A model generated the notes under the pieces. It was not told where the DNA came from. It was given only the letters and a program-made list of their open reading frames with translations, and searched no databases. The position numbers and the translations under genes were made by a program. A stretch of 64,000 nucleotides of DNA from Blepharisma stoltei ATCC 30299 (taxonomy: Eukaryota; Protista; Ciliophora): assembly GCA_965603825.1 (NCBI GenBank), contig CBFDEM010000058.1:310001-374000 (forward strand). The letters are read 5' to 3'. Shown piece after piece: positions 1 through 14,300 of the stretch. Every line of letters starts with the position of its first letter. Position 1 is the first letter of the stretch.

Positions 1-333
1 GTTAAGCAGATCCAGGGAAAAGAGTTAACTGATAAATTAGATGAATCAGTTGCTGATTTCAAATCATTAGACAGCTCGATCGACGAAAAAATGGTAAGAC
101 CAATCGAAAGAAATAGAGAAAGAATAAAATCCGAAATGATTTTAAAATATTCTGAGCCAAGCATGAAAGTTTTGCCGCCTGTAAGTATTAAATCAAAAGG
201 GAAAGAGCTCCAGACCAAAAAATCTTTAAAATGCATAAGGATCAGATCCGTAACACCAGGGAAGAAAATGAACGAAGAGTCAAAAAAATCAATAAAACGA
301 TCTAAAACGCCATTTAGTAAAAAGAGGAAGTAA
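1..333 (+). CDS. 3' part of a Lys/Ser-rich hypothetical protein (5' end outside window)
   Basis: Frame is open from base 1 to TAA at 331-333; low complexity, no recognisable domain. Confidence 0.6.
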   Translation, partial: VKQIQGKELTDKLDESVADFKSLDSSIDEKMVRPIERNRERIKSEMILKYSEPSMKVLPPVSIKSKGKELQTKKSLKCIRIRSVTPGKKMNEESKKSIKRSKTPFSKKRK

Positions 334-464
334 CTCTTTAAACTAATAAATTTGACTTTTTATAATCAAAATTATCTAACATATAGAGAAACACTATAAT
401 ATTATTAGAAAATCAATTTATATTTTCTTGAAAATCAAAGGCCAGCTCAATATGAATAATTAAA

Positions 465-1821
465 ATGAGTCATAATATAAGAAGCTCAAGGTCTCGGTCT
501 CGTAGCCCACTCAGAAGTATCCCACTCTTTCCACTGATCTTAGCAATCCCAAAATCAATTATAAACGCTGACTTCATAAAGCTTCAAGAAAAATTGGCAT
601 CAAAATGCGAGGTGGATCGTCTCCACTTGGCATCAGAAACAAACTTGCCAAACTTCGATGAAGGCTTCCTCTACATCTATGGCCCATCTCTTAAAGGAAA
701 AATCGAAATCCTTAAATCAATTCTTTCAGAAATTCAAAGAATTATTGACAGGCCCACTTTGGAACTAAAAATTCTGATCCCTGATAATTTAATTGAAGCT
801 CTTACAGGCAAAGGCGGGAAATTATTAAATAAAATCCAAACAAATTCACATGCAACAATCACGATTGTTGAAGAAATAAAAAACCTCAGAGAGCGTCTTA
901 TAAAAATTGAAGGCAGATCAGCTGATGTAGAATTGGCGATTAAAGAAGTTTATAGGCTTATTGTAGAAAGAAAATCAAATTCTGAGCCAAAATCAGTTCT
1001 CGACAAAACTTCAGCGAAATTTGTAATTCCTGGGGAATGCGTTGGATACTTGATAGGGAAAAATGGATTATTTACCAAGAGGCTTAAGGCGGATTATGAC
1101 GTAGAAATAAAAATTGTGAAAAATGAAGGACTGCCTTGTAAGGACAATGAACACATTGCGGTAAGAAATTATTCAGATGTTGTTAGGGAAATATCGCTAT
1201 GTGAAGACTGCGATTGAAATTGTTGTTGACAAAATTCTAGAAGCAATAGAGACTACATGCAGCCCAATTTCTGATTTGCTGGTAAGAATGCTTATACCTA
1301 CTCAAATGGTAAAAGAACTGATTGGCCCACAAGGATCAATAATTAAAGAAATTTCCAAAAAATCAGGAGGAGCGAAGATTAAGGTCATGTGTGACACTGA
1401 GACCGAAAAAATGCAGGATTTCACAATAGTTACAATCGATGGCTCTAGAGACTTAAAGCAAGAGGCAGCAATAAGAATTTATGAAGTTATCAGCAGAGGT
1501 CATAAACCTTCAAGCCCTTCTTCTAGAAGAAGCCGTGGATACTCTCCATCTCCACCAACTGATAATGTCAGCATTTTCGTCACAGTTCCTGATGCTCTTG
1601 TGTCAAGATTAATAGGAAGAAATGGAGACAATGTGAAAGGAATGATGAGTCGATCAAGAAGCCAAATGTCATTCCAAAAACAGCCTTCAACTGAATTAAA
1701 AACCCCAGAAAATGATAAAGCGAGACTTTGCACTTTTACAGGAAGCAGCTCTAGCATAGCTCGAGGAATAAAGACTTTACTAGACCAAATTATAAAATTA
1801 GAAAGCGGAAGATATGATTAG
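465..1821 (+). CDS. Multi-KH-domain RNA-binding protein (PCBP/hnRNP K-like), about 446 aa, one intron
   Basis: KH GxxG loops (LTGKGGK, LIGKNG, LIGPQG, LIGRNG) and an RS-rich N-terminus. The 16-nt intron 1161-1176 joins ORFs 465 and 1177 in frame. Confidence 0.88.
1161..1176 (+). other. 16-nt spliceosomal intron
   Basis: GTAAGAAATTATTCAG; removal restores the KH reading frame; A at -6. Confidence 0.85.
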
Positions 1822-1912
1822 CTAACCCTAAATTATGTTAAATATAATGTTAAGTCTGATAATTTACAATCTGACTTAACATGCTGCGACTATTTTAATA
1901 GAAAATTATAAT

Positions 1913-2944
1913 TTAGCCTAAATTCAAACAGCAAATTGCAATTCCAGTTTCGCTGCTGGAATCAGCTTCAGAGTCATGCACCCAAATGTGAGAATTCCAG
2001 TCAGTCCATCCCATTGCTCGGGCTACTTGATATCCAGCTGAATGCAGCTCGATTGAGGTGCATAAATGATGTGTGTCTTCTGGGCAGCTTTCTTCTGCGT
2101 CAGATAACACACAATTAATACACCCAAGCCTAATATAGTATGCTTCAATTGCTCCCAACGCTCCTGCACTTTCTGCTTCTATTTCTTCCTCTTCAAGTTC
2201 TCTATTGAAATATCTCACTTCATCAACATAAAACGAGACTGGACAATCCTCAAGAGTCGAAGGAGTATTTCCAATATACAATGGGCTTGAGTTTGTCTGT
2301 GTCCATCCGTCAGTAGAATTTACTGCATCTTTTATTCCATTCACAAAAAGCCTTATTCTTGACTGTGTTCTGACAACTCCTATATGTGTCCATCTATTAA
2401 ATGGAATTCTTGCATTGGAAATTACATACTCTCCTTGAGGGTGTTTTACATCTTCATCTGTAGATACATAAGCTTTTAGCTGGCGATCTTCTCTGTCATA
2501 ATACACAGCTGGGACTCTCTCATATATAACTTGGTCTTCTTGGTCATTTCCTTTCTGTAAAAGAGGACACCAACGCAACCCTTCTGAATTTTGAGAATCT
2601 CCAATGAAGACCCAAAAAGTCACGGAGAATAAAGTAGAGGATAAAGAACCGTTGGAATCAGGGATTTCTATATAGTCACTTCCTGTTATTGACGCACTTG
2701 TACCTTGGCCACCATATGATGGGCCTGCACCTACTGTTTTGGATGCATGATTTTGACTGCCTGAAGAGTCAAGGCCTGAGTCATCGTCAAAAGTTCAGTG
2801 GCCTTTTAGACCGTCTTGAACTGCGTTAGGCATTAATACAGTTTCACCTCCGAATAAGCAGATACCACCTTGCAAGGTCATTTCACATAAGTCGCTCCCA
2901 TATGCTAAGAAAAGTGAGATCAAAATTACCGTTTTCAGCAACAT
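1913..2944 (-). CDS. Secreted LamG/concanavalin A-like domain protein, 343 aa
   Basis: Signal peptide MLLKTVILISLFLAYG; LamG motifs GLKGH(W=TGA 2795-2797)TFDD..DSSG..NHA, RWTHI, LFVNG, LYIG, DEVRYFNREL; Cys-rich C-terminus. Confidence 0.85.
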
Positions 2945-3200
2945 ATTTAAAAGATAATTAAAATTTAAGCAAATACAAATGAGAAGCTCTAAGAAGTCAG
3001 CATGTTATTTTTAATAAATCCATAGTAAAGCTGCCCTTTAGTAGTCTTTATTTTTCTCTTTAATATTTAATAAGATAGAAAATGCCTTTAACATGAGCTT
3101 CCTTATTCACGCATCTTATTTTATTGATAAATTCGTCAGTTCTAGATTCTTATTTTCCTGCTCAGTTTCTCATTATTTTCTTTCTTTTTATAAAAGTAAT

Positions 3201-4684
3201 ATGAATCAAAGTTATAGCTATAAATCAAAATCCCCATACAATGCCAAAATACGTAAGTTTCTACTTCAGCTAAGTCTCGCCTCTTATCTTTAACTCGTTG
3301 GATAAATTCTCTGCATATATGGAGGAACTTAACTGAAAAAGAACTCCCAGAACAAGCCAAAACAGGGGTTTTACTAATTTTTCTTATCCAAGCTGTAGAG
3401 CCCACTATTGAATTTCAAAATTTTTCTCCTAAGCCGAGCTCTAAAAGATTTTGCATTAAAAATCTGGATCAGGCCCTTTCTGCTATTTCTCAACTTGCAG
3501 GGCCTTCTGTTCTATTGCCAAGATCTGAAGAGATTTATCAAGGAAATCAAGAGAAAATGTGGCAATTATTGGATTTTATATTCGAACTTTTCATTATGAC
3601 ACCTGCGAGGAAATCATTCAAATCACTTGTCAATTGATACATAAGAATTTTGGAATTGCATGGAGTTTCCATAAATTCGATTGAAATTCTTTCAAGTTTT
3701 AGAAACGGAGTGAATTTTATGATAGTGATTAATTGTTTATTAGATGATGTCGATTTAGAAGAAATTTATTTCAACCCACAGAGCAAGTCAGAGCTGACAC
3801 AAAATTTAGCTGTCCTTATAAACGTAATGAAAAAATTTGGGATTCCTGTCTGTGTAACAATTGAAGAGCTGGGGAATTTATTAGACCAAGATTTAATTTT
3901 ATTGCAATTATATTATGTATATAGAGCTTTGCATGATAGGATCCCTATCAAAAAAAATTTAAAATTTAAAGATGATATTCAAAGATCAATAGAAAAGCTC
4001 CCAATTGAAAAATCAGCTTTGCAGACAGAAGTCAGTGATTTTATGAAGCCAAAAGGATTTTTTTCACAATTCACTCCCAGAAGCTATGGGAAAAACAAGC
4101 TCGAGTTTGATTGCACCAAAGAAACAGAATCAACAAATGCAGTTTCAACCTCAGATTTGTCTCCTTCTTATTTTTCTTCCAAATTCTCAGCAGATAGATC
4201 ATTGTCTCCAATAAAAATTGAAATAATTTCTGATACTTCAGATTCTTTTCTGGAGTATAAACCACAAAAAAATATTTTAAATATAGAAACAAGTCCAGTT
4301 AAGCCATCTCCAAGCTTACGAGTAATACGCCCACCAGAGTTCCATCACAATCCTCATCAAAATTTATCAAATGATAAAGAAAAAGCTTTACTTTACCTAC
4401 TAACTCCAAGAATTCTTAAATTACATATCGGATCTTGCTTCCAAGCCTTTATGTTCAGCATCGTTTTGGACTCGTTTTTAGCTGAGGAGTACTCATTTGA
4501 GTGAAAAAATTTGGAGACTATGGAAACTGAAGGGAAAATAAGAATAAAAGATATATCCAATGTTTCTTATGAGAAACGGGTTCTAATGATACAAGAAAAG
4601 AGTAAAAGCTTGCAGATACAGTGTCTGGATGCAAATGAAGTCAGTAGATATGTGAAATCGCTGATCGCTATGAGGGATGCTTAA
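3201..4684 (+). CDS. Tandem calponin-homology domain protein with C-terminal PH-like domain
   Basis: The frame from 3272 reads LTRWINSL...TGVLLIFLI...CIKNLDQAL...MWQLLDFIF (CH1), then a second CH domain (SFRNGVNF...TQNL). With TGA read-through it runs to TAA at 4682-4684. The start at 3201 requires a putative 17-nt intron (3253-3269). Confidence 0.7.
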
Positions 4685-5903
4685 TGTAGTTTAAGATAAA
4701 GTGTTTTTATGAAGGAGTTAAGTTAAAGACTTTAAGTAAATGAAAAGAATAATGAAAAATATGACAACGACAGCTCCACTGATAGGGAATATATATTTTT
4801 GGCCTAATTCTGTAGCAATTTGTCTTTCTTGTGCAAGACGCGCTTTGTCTTTTTTAGAAGGATCTCGAGGTTTGCCTTTGCCGAGAGTTTTTGCCATTTT
4901 ATAATTATAAGAATTTTCTGTATAGCTAATGATAAGAGCATTACATCTAAAAATGCAAAATCAATAGAAAATTTAAGTGCTATATATCTTAATTTTTTAA
5001 AAATTTGAACTGATAAAGGAACATAAGTATAAAAATCAAAGATTGAATTATGCTGATTCAAAAATGAAATTTTGCTTATGAAAATGTGAATACGAAACTC
5101 TTCATATTTATTTTTTCTTGAAATTTATGTATGAGTTTTATGCTTTCTAACTTTTAAAAATTGTCAGCTTGGTAATTTAAAAATGCCTATAAAATAAAAG
5201 CTTACTCAAGAATTATTTTGTTTTATCTTTTATAGCAAAAGATAATGCACAAGTGTCAATTCAAAATAGAAGGAAGAGATAACAATCAAAGTATGGCATT
5301 TTTGGGAAAAATTAAAAGGAGATATTTGAAAATTTAATATATGATAAATAAAACTCTTGCAGTTCTGGATCAAGACAAAAGAGTCGATTTGAGATATTTT
5401 GGGTTTTTTATTAAGTTTTGTGAAAGCTAAAATCATAATATTATTTGCTGATATAGCAGCTTTTATATCTTTCATTCTTTCATTTAATAATCCTCATTTA
5501 ACTTAAATAGCTTTCTTGCTTGCTGGCTTTGTAATGAAAACTAACTTAATCTCATGTTGATAATATAAACTTATTTATAGGACATGCTTTAATGCTGAAT
5601 ATTATATTAAATTAGAAAATCAAGATAAATAAATAATAATTTTAGCATTATTATATAAAGATTTTCCTAAAATGAATTTTGCAAAAGATTAAAGACAGGT
5701 GATTTTAGACTCCAATAATTTACTCGGTATATTTCTAAATAGCCTATTTAAATACAATGCGACTATCGCCTTCATTATTTTCTCCTACAGTTAATTCTTC
5801 CAATAAAATTTGATTAAGATCTTCTTCTATCTATATTTATTTAAAAAATAAAATTTGATAATCCACATAGTGGCAGAATTTCTTAATAAAAATAAATAGC
5901 ATT

Positions 5904-6611
5904 ATGTGGTGCAACTTTACTAAGCGAGCTGAAAGCTGCAATCATCCAGGCTGTCACATTAATCATCAGGGGCTATACCCTTCTTCATTTAGTCTGCAGA
6001 CAGTTGAAGAAGAGCAGCTCGCGAGATTGCTATTATATCAAAACTCCTTGCTTACTCAAGTAGCTGCAAATAGTAATCAAATTAATAAATGCCTAGACCG
6101 CCTAATAGAAAGCACACAAAACATGGCTTATGTTGCTCCTCATACTGAACCAACTGAAATTGATATCGAAAATTGTCCAGCTGAGCATATTTTCCAATGA
6201 ATTTCCTCGGGGAAAGAATTTTTATACTCAATTCAGCTGGAAAGCCAGATATCTTCAAACATATATAAAGAAAGAGGGTTTTCTTTAGTCGTTTCTGTAA
6301 GAGATAAGGATGGGCAATATATTTTTACGACTGAAAACCAAAAATTCCAAGTTTTTGTATTCAGTATGGATAATCCTCCTAAGCTACTTAAATTAAATAT
6401 ATCCGGCAAAAAAATATTAAGAGGCACTATAGAAGCCAGCATGAGCGAAGACAGGCTGATTACTTTTGCAAATGTTGTAATAAACGAAGTAACCTCTCAT
6501 TACGTCAATGACAGCTTTTATCTAGTAGTGACATGTGAAAATTCGCTTGATATAAAACCTTTAACAATCAGCAATGTATGTGTGAAGGCTCGAAAACCTA
6601 GTAAAGTATAA
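5904..6611 (+). CDS. Hypothetical protein, 235 aa; possible CudA/STAT-like Ig-fold DNA-binding domain
   Basis: ORFs 5904 and 6366 are one frame across TGA 6198-6200. The C-terminal region KERGFS...TFANVVINEVTSHY..DSFYLVV...KPL...VKARK is beta-rich. Confidence 0.7.
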
Positions 6612-6690
6612 TGCTAATGTAATTATGATTTAACACCTCATCCTTTTATTTGAAAATAAAACGCATAAGAGCTTATATTTAAAATCTTAA

Positions 6691-8088
6691 ATGGAAGGTT
6701 TAATAGCAAGACCGAGAAGACCTTTAAGTGAACTGATAAGCAGTGATCAGGGCGAACTATCTAAGCTGCTTGATAAGTTTGATATGTTTAGAGAAATAGT
6801 ATCCAGAAATTCAGCTGATTCTATGAAATTTGCTTATCTAGAACATTTATTGAGAATCTCAACACCGTTAGAAGATTCAAGATCAGCTATTAGAGCTATG
6901 CTAAAAAATCAGCAATCCAAAATATTACCTTTATTAGAAAAGCGTAATGAAAACCTGCAAGATTCTCTACATAATCTGGAAGAAATAATTACAAGCCAAG
7001 ATATAAATACAATCCGGCCAGTAATTAAGTCCACGAATTACAGATGAGACGGGAAAAAATTGCTAAAAGACGAATCAGACTATCAAACAGAGGGGCGAGT
7101 TCCTTTATGTTTTACATTGGCTATCAGCCAAAATTATTATATTTTGTATACTCCAAACATGACCTACGTAGATGGATATGATCCATTTACAGGAGAGAAG
7201 AAAATTCCTTTAATTCCAGATGAAATGCTGAGGATTTATAGCAAAGGGTTTTATGTGCTGTCAAACCTTAAATCTGCTCAATGCCAGACAGATTTTGAAT
7301 ATAAGCCAGCTAAAAAGAAGAAAAAGAAAGGTGATGGAAATGAAAGCATGATATCTGGAGATGAAGGAAATCAATCAATAAGGCAAGGCAAAAAAAAGAA
7401 CACTAATATGTCACGAGATTCCTCAAGCGAAAAAAAAGGCCAGGTTTCATTTATTAGCAAAGCAAAAGATGCAAGCATATACATGGATTCTTCATTTGAA
7501 AGAGAAAAAGAACGAGAATTTAGCCAAGCGAGTGGAGTAGGGGTAAAAGAAAATCCATATCAGCCTGAAATAATAAAAGAAGATAAGCCAAAGGAGCCTG
7601 AACAATTAATAAAAAAGCCAATAATTCCTTTTGAAGTAAAACAAACTGAAGAAAAAAAAATTTTTGAAACACAATTAGAGCCTTCTGATGAAATATTTTT
7701 GGCAAGGCCAAAAGAAGCTGAACCTTTACAAGAAGAAAGTAAAATTGAAGAAATAAAACAAGTTGAAGTCAAATTAGATTTAAATTTAATGCAGAATGAA
7801 GAAAAAACCAATGGAAACTTAATGCCAAACTTGGAAGATAGCGAAGAAGAAAAGCTGAAATCAGAATTAGCGAGCTTTACCAATGTGCAAAATGTGAAAG
7901 AGGAAAATGAAGAAGAAAGTGAAGAAGAGTCCTCAAGTGATGAAGAAGGAAGTGAAGAGGAGACTACCAATTTTCAAACCACAAAGACTGGAGAATTAAG
8001 GTCCTGGGAAAAATATGAAAAGAAGGCCACAAAGAAGCAAAGATCAAGAGATCAATGTGCGCCCATGGATGGTTGCGAAATGATGTAA
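6691..8088 (+). CDS. Hypothetical protein, 465 aa, acidic tail and C-terminal CaaX-like motif (CEMM)
   Basis: ORFs 6691 and 7060 share a frame across TGA 7045-7047; ends ...GCEMM-TAA. Confidence 0.8.
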
Positions 8089-8330
8089 AGAATTTTTCAC
8101 ATAATTATAAAGCTAATAAATTATAAAGAATTTATAATAGAAAATAATAGTAATGAGTTAAAATTGAAACTTTTGCCAGCTTAAAATTAACGTTTACTAA
8201 CATCTAAAAATTATGAAGTTATTTGCTTCTGAAAATAAACTTTATATAAATTAATCTTTCTTTTATTCTGTTTTACCTCTTTATGGGCTATATAGCTAAA
8301 ATTAATTGTTTAATGTAAATTAATAAAAGA

Positions 8331-11300
8331 ATGTCAATCTTCCAAGACAACAACTGAAGAGAGATAAATATTGATGGAAAAACTCATAACACAAACTTTA
8401 TTTATCATAATAATTTTATTCGTTCTTCTAGATACACTTGACTTACAGTGATACCGAAGAACATTTTCGAGCAGTTTCAAAGTCCAGTGAATTTATGATT
8501 TTTATATATTTCTCTTTTACAATTGGCTGCAAGAAATATTAACCCCAATGACTATTGGACAACTATAATACCTCTTTCAATCAATATCTTATTTGTTTTA
8601 ATTAAAGAAGCTTATAATGATTATCATAGAGGCAATGATGATTCTACTGTAAATTCAGTGGAATATCTCGTATGAAATGGCTCAGAATTTGAAAAAATAA
8701 AAAGTGGGCAAATCTCTGTAGGGAATTTTATTATTTGCCAGAATGAAGAAAGGGTACCTGTTGATATGCTTCTCCTTGCATGCGGGCGCGGATTAAATTC
8801 ACTTTCAGTGGATATTTCATCAATTGTAGGGATTAAAAATTTGGCAGAAAAATATCCAGTCCAAGAAATTCAGCGACTTTTTAATTCAAATTTGGATTAT
8901 GAAAATTTATTAAGAAAATTAGTCGGAAATATGAAAGTTGAAGAGCCACATGAAGACACTGCGAAATTTCAAGGAAAAATCAAGCTGAATGGATTTCCTA
9001 AAGCTGTTGATTTAACCATAGATAATTTGATACTAAAAGGAAGTGTTTTATATGCGAATTCATTGACATTAGGACTTGTAGTATATGCAGGAAAAGAAAC
9101 AAAAGTTGACATCAATATAAAAGATAATAATCGAAAAGTATCTAGTATGGAAAAGCTTGTTAATGAAATGGTAATTTTTATTTTACTATTGCTGCAGCGA
9201 ATAATTATCGCTGCTGTTGTTTTGAATGAAATTTATAATCAAAGGATTTCTTATATAGATATTTTTGAAAATTATTTTTCTTTTACTATGCTTTTTTCTA
9301 ACGTAATTCCTATTATGATTTATGTGACTATGTCTATCATCAGAATTTTTCAGTGTAAACGAATCCAAAATCTGTTTAAAGGAAAAATTCTATTTAATAC
9401 TGAAGATATTAATGAAAATTTAGGTCAGGTAGAGTATATTTGTGCGGATAAAACTGGCACTTTAACTGAAAATAATTTGCGATTAAAAGCCTGCTATGTG
9501 GATAAAAAAGTCTACACAAGTGATGACAGCTTCATCCCTGAACAAAATTCTATACTAAGCCTAGACCAAAGAGAAATATTCCCAACAACAAATTTCGAAA
9601 AATATATCCAAGACACTGAATCCTTAATCTATAAAATTAAAATAGATTTACAAAGAAAAAATGATACAACTATTTTGTCTTTTTTTCTTAAATGTTTGGC
9701 TTTATGTAACTCACTTGTTTCTGAGGAGCATAAGTATTATGGAGCCTCAGCCGATGAAACTACTTTGGCCGATGCTGCTTCTAAGCTTGGATATGTACTT
9801 AGATTTAAAAACAATGCTTTTTGTGAGCTTGAAATTGATGGGCACCTAGAAAAATACGAAATCATTGCAGAAAAATCTTTTAATAGCAAAAGTAAAAAAT
9901 CAAGGCTGCTTATTAAAAGGTGTAATGAAGGGGATTATATTTTATTTGTAAAAGGCTCTGCAGAATCGATGCTCCATATATTTGAAAATCAGCATGACAC
10001 AATCAATGAGATCGAAGAAAACATCAATGGATTCGGAAGAAGTGGACTGAGAACTATGGTCCAAGGCTATAAATTTATCAGTCTAAAAGAGCTAAAAGAT
10101 TTCAATGGCAAAATAAAAATTGCAAATAGTTTTTCGATTAATCATGAAGAAAAAATAGAATCTGCATACAGAGATCTAGAAAAAGGGTCCAATCTCTTAG
10201 GGATCACAGGGATATCTGACGAAATTTCCCCTGAAACCTTGGAAACTATTGAATCATTAAAAAGGGCTGGAATTAAATTGTGAATCTTAAGCGGGGACTC
10301 AGAAGGAAGCTGTCTATCAGCTGCTCTGAATTCAGGAATAATTAGATCTGAAACTACCATTGTGAAGCTAAAAAAGCAAGTCTCAGAAATTCAGCTAAGA
10401 CGCGAATTGCAAAATGCTATAAATTTGTATATTTATCATACAGACATGTGAAGCCTACACAAGAGAAACATTTCGATGGGAACTAACCTAAGAGCTTCAG
10501 CTGAGAATAGCTTGGTGGAAAGTGAGTTTATGGACGATTCTAGCAATAACGCATCACCTCGTCCTGAAGACAAGATTGGATATAGCTTAAAAAGTTCTGG
10601 GACAAATAATTTTCAAAATTTAGAAAATGAAGCAAAATCTTATAATAATACACCACACCCAGGTTCTGACGAAAAATCATGAGAAAAGTTAAATATAAAA
10701 AGCCAAGGGACTCCTCATCCGAATCAAGATGAAAATGTAGGTTTCCCCTCACCTTTTAGGAGATTGGGAAGAATTGATAACTTTAGAACAAGATTTTTTA
10801 ATTCTACAATAACCCCTGAGTTAGTGAATTTTTCTGTGATTTGTGATAGAGTGACATTTAGAACGGCATTACAGTCTCCACATACGAAGAGAACACTTTC
10901 TATTTTACTATTTGCAGCCAAATCTGTGTGTTTTCATGATTTTTTACCAAATGATAAAGCAGACGCAGTTAAATTAATTAAGGAAAATTTTTCTTGGAGA
11001 CCAGTCGTGCTTTCAATTGGAGATGGAAATAATGATATCCCCATGATACAATGCTCTGATATTGGAATTGGCCTAAAAACTCAAGCTGAATATTTATCAA
11101 ATTATTCTGATATTTTAGTTGACCATTTTCATTACCTTCGAGACTTACTGTTAGTCCATGGGCATTGGAATTATTCTAGAATGGCAAAAAGTGTATTATT
11201 AGTGTTTTATCGAAGCTTTCTTTTGTCAATAATGATTTTCGGCTATATTTTTACTTCACAAATAAAATCAGTTTCAATATTCGACTCTGGGCAATTAATA

Positions 11301-14300
11301 GGGAGTGAAATTGTGTTTTCTTCAATAGCGATTATATGACTAGGGATTTATGATCAAGATATTGATATTATGAAAGCTAGGACTTCATCTAAGCGTTATT
11401 CTGAAGGGTTTCTATGCAAGCACATGGATGGAGTAAAACTGCTAACATATTTTTTCTATGCTTTTTTTCAAGGGTCTATAGCTTTTGCGTTCGTTTTAGG
11501 TTCATTTTCGTATTTTATTGATGGCTCAGGGCATCCTGAAGATTTTCAAGTTATTAGCATGACTCTTTATATAGTCTTTAACTTGTGCATTTATTTCCAG
11601 GTTTATCTTACTTATGAAAATTTTAAATGAAGCTATTTAATATCGTTTATAATATCAAGCTGCACGCTCTTAGGCTATGTTATTTTTATATCAAGTGATG
11701 ATATTTTTCCATATCAGCAATATGTAGGTATTTCTAATGAAATTTCTGGATCACTATTATTGTGAATTTTAATTTTTACTATTCCTATAATATCTACATT
11801 TGTGACATTTTTCTTTATAAAGATTTATTGAAAATTCACTGAAGAAATGCAAAAGCAAAATAAAATTAATGAAACTAGGAAAAAACTAGTTACAAAGCAG
11901 AGATTTGATCGCTTAGATAAATATTCAGAGTGTCTAGAAAATGCATACAGAGTTTACACACAAATAAAGAGGCAGTTTCAAGACGGGTATGAAATGAAAC
12001 AATTTTCGCTTCACTTTGCATTTTCTTATATAGAAGAAAAATATCAGGAGTATTTTTTATTCCAAAATTTAGCTTTATTAAGAAAAATAATTCTTAGCGT
12101 ATTTTTAGCTTTGATTTTATGAACCCTATTAGAGGCGATTTTTGTTGATGGACTAAATAGCATTACTTATGTGAGAGTCGGATTTACATTTGGGTTTGGG
12201 ATTTTATCTATGACATCATATTCAAATCACTTTAGAAACCATTTCAAAGAATATATAATCGCTGTTATTCTTGGCTCTGCTTTAGGGAAATTTGTATTTG
12301 AAATGACCTTTAATGCTGTTGCTATAATGATAACAGCATTTTTCCCATCAATAACTTACTCCATATTAAATGTCGACTTTTTGCTAATCACAATACTAAA
12401 CTCAATAAACTTATTATTATTCCCAGTTTCCCTCATAAGAAGTTACCTCTCTGACATTTCTCATAGTGCCCAATATATATCTTTAGTTTCAATCCAATAC
12501 CTAATTTTTTCGATTGCTATAGCAGTTTCATGTGGAATTGAAGGCTATTTTTTCGAATTTTCAAGGCGCTCCGAATTCAAACTCCTACGAATCGTCGAAA
12601 ATGGAGTCGAAAAAACCCAGGAGATTCTTAGCCATCTCCTCCCTGCATTCGTGAGAAATAGAGTAAAAAAAGGAGTCAGATACATAGCAGAAGACCAAGG
12701 GACCGTAACAGTCCTTTTTTGTGATATTTGCGACTTTGATAAAATTTGTAAAGAATATTCCCCAGTTGAATTAACTTCATTTTTAGACTCTTTATATCAA
12801 ACTTTTGACCAGCTATGTGATGCTACTGGAGTAACCAAAATAGAAACTGTAGGAAAAACTTATATGGCTTGTGCTGGATTTAGAGATAGTGACATTGAAA
12901 TGACAGAAAATCTGCAAAAAGTTTCCCATGCGAGAAGAGCTATTGAGCTAGGTTTGGCTATGATAAATAGAGTAAAAGATATAAGGCTATCTTATGGTGC
13001 TAAATTGTATGTAAAAATTGGAATAAATAGTGGCCCTGTCGTTGCTGGAGTTGTAGGGTACCATAAGCCACAATTTTCATTAGTGGGGGATACTGTAAAT
13101 ACTGCTTCTCGTATGTGCTCTACAATTTCAATACCTAACCAAATCCAGATTTCTAGATCTACTTATAATCTGATAGGTGATAAATTAGGCCTTTCTTTTA
13201 TAGCTGAAAGTGTCGAAGCTAAAGGAAAAGGAATCTTGCCTACTTATTATGTCTATGAGGACCCTAATGAGTTAGAAAATGCAAGCCCAACTCTGATTTC
13301 AAGCGTTTTAAGATCCTCCATAAGAGCTCAATCTCTCATGGATATCATGAATAATCCTTCTACCAATGAAACAAACCCTTTATTATCTACAACTCATATA
13401 GAAAGCCCTACAATTGATAGAACCCATTCTATTATGAGTAAGCTAGATTTGAGGAAAACTATTGAACTATTTGCAAGAGATAACTCAATGCTTGCAGAAA
13501 CTTTAAATGTTTTCAATTGCAAATGGGCTGAAACAGACAAGCAGAAAAAATATAGAATTGCCAAGCTTGAAGCTTCATTTTTAGTTGACTGGTCAATCTT
13601 ACTGATAGCTCTAATAGTTTACTTTTTACTATTGATTATAGCTGTTATGGAGTATATTTTTGCTGATAATTTAGCAAATCTCGCTGTAGTGATTGGCAGG
13701 GTAATTGACTTTTTGGCTTTTCTCACCATATTCACTCTTCATGAAAAATTATTTTTATATCGAGAATTCAGTTTGACTAAAATTGGAGTTTTAATATGGG
13801 TTATTATAACTGTAGGATTTTACATATTTTGGGACTTAGAAATAGAAGGCACAATGATTGATGTGGAAATAATGTACATCGTTTTAATACTCAACTATGC
13901 AAGCGGCTGCAGTTTAGGCTCTGTCATATGAATTTCCTTGCTTTTCTTTATTGTTTGCATCCTTATGACTCTATATGCTTCAGATAAAAAATCAGGCATC
14001 CAAAACATAATTTTTATTATAGGATTTTCTTTATTAAATACAATCACAATTTTTAAAAGGGACCAAAAAGAAAGGATAAATCATAACATCCAGCTTTTAG
14101 CTTCCAAAGAAATAGAAGAAAATAACAATTTGCTTGGGCAGATGATGCCTCCCGACGCTTTGAGTAAAATGAAAGAAGACAGAAACATTACTGATAGGCT
14201 ATTTCAAGTGACACTTTTATATGCAGATATTGTTGGATTCACATCATGGAGCTCTGACAAAACGCCTCATGATGTGGTTGAAATGCTGTCAAATTTATTT

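Noticed and set aside
1883-1895. 13-mer GCTGCGACTATTT recurring at 61558-61570 (partial copy near 5758)
   Set aside because: A single 13-nt match in 64 kb is expected by chance, and the flanks do not extend the match.
4685-5903. ORFs 4804-5061, 4820-5008 and 5230-5475, and possible ncRNA in long AT-rich gaps (also 44644-45392, 52990-54028, 60810-61738)
   Set aside because: They have intergenic composition and no recognisable domain or tRNA/snRNA structure by eye. An Infernal/tRNAscan run would be needed to exclude RNA genes.
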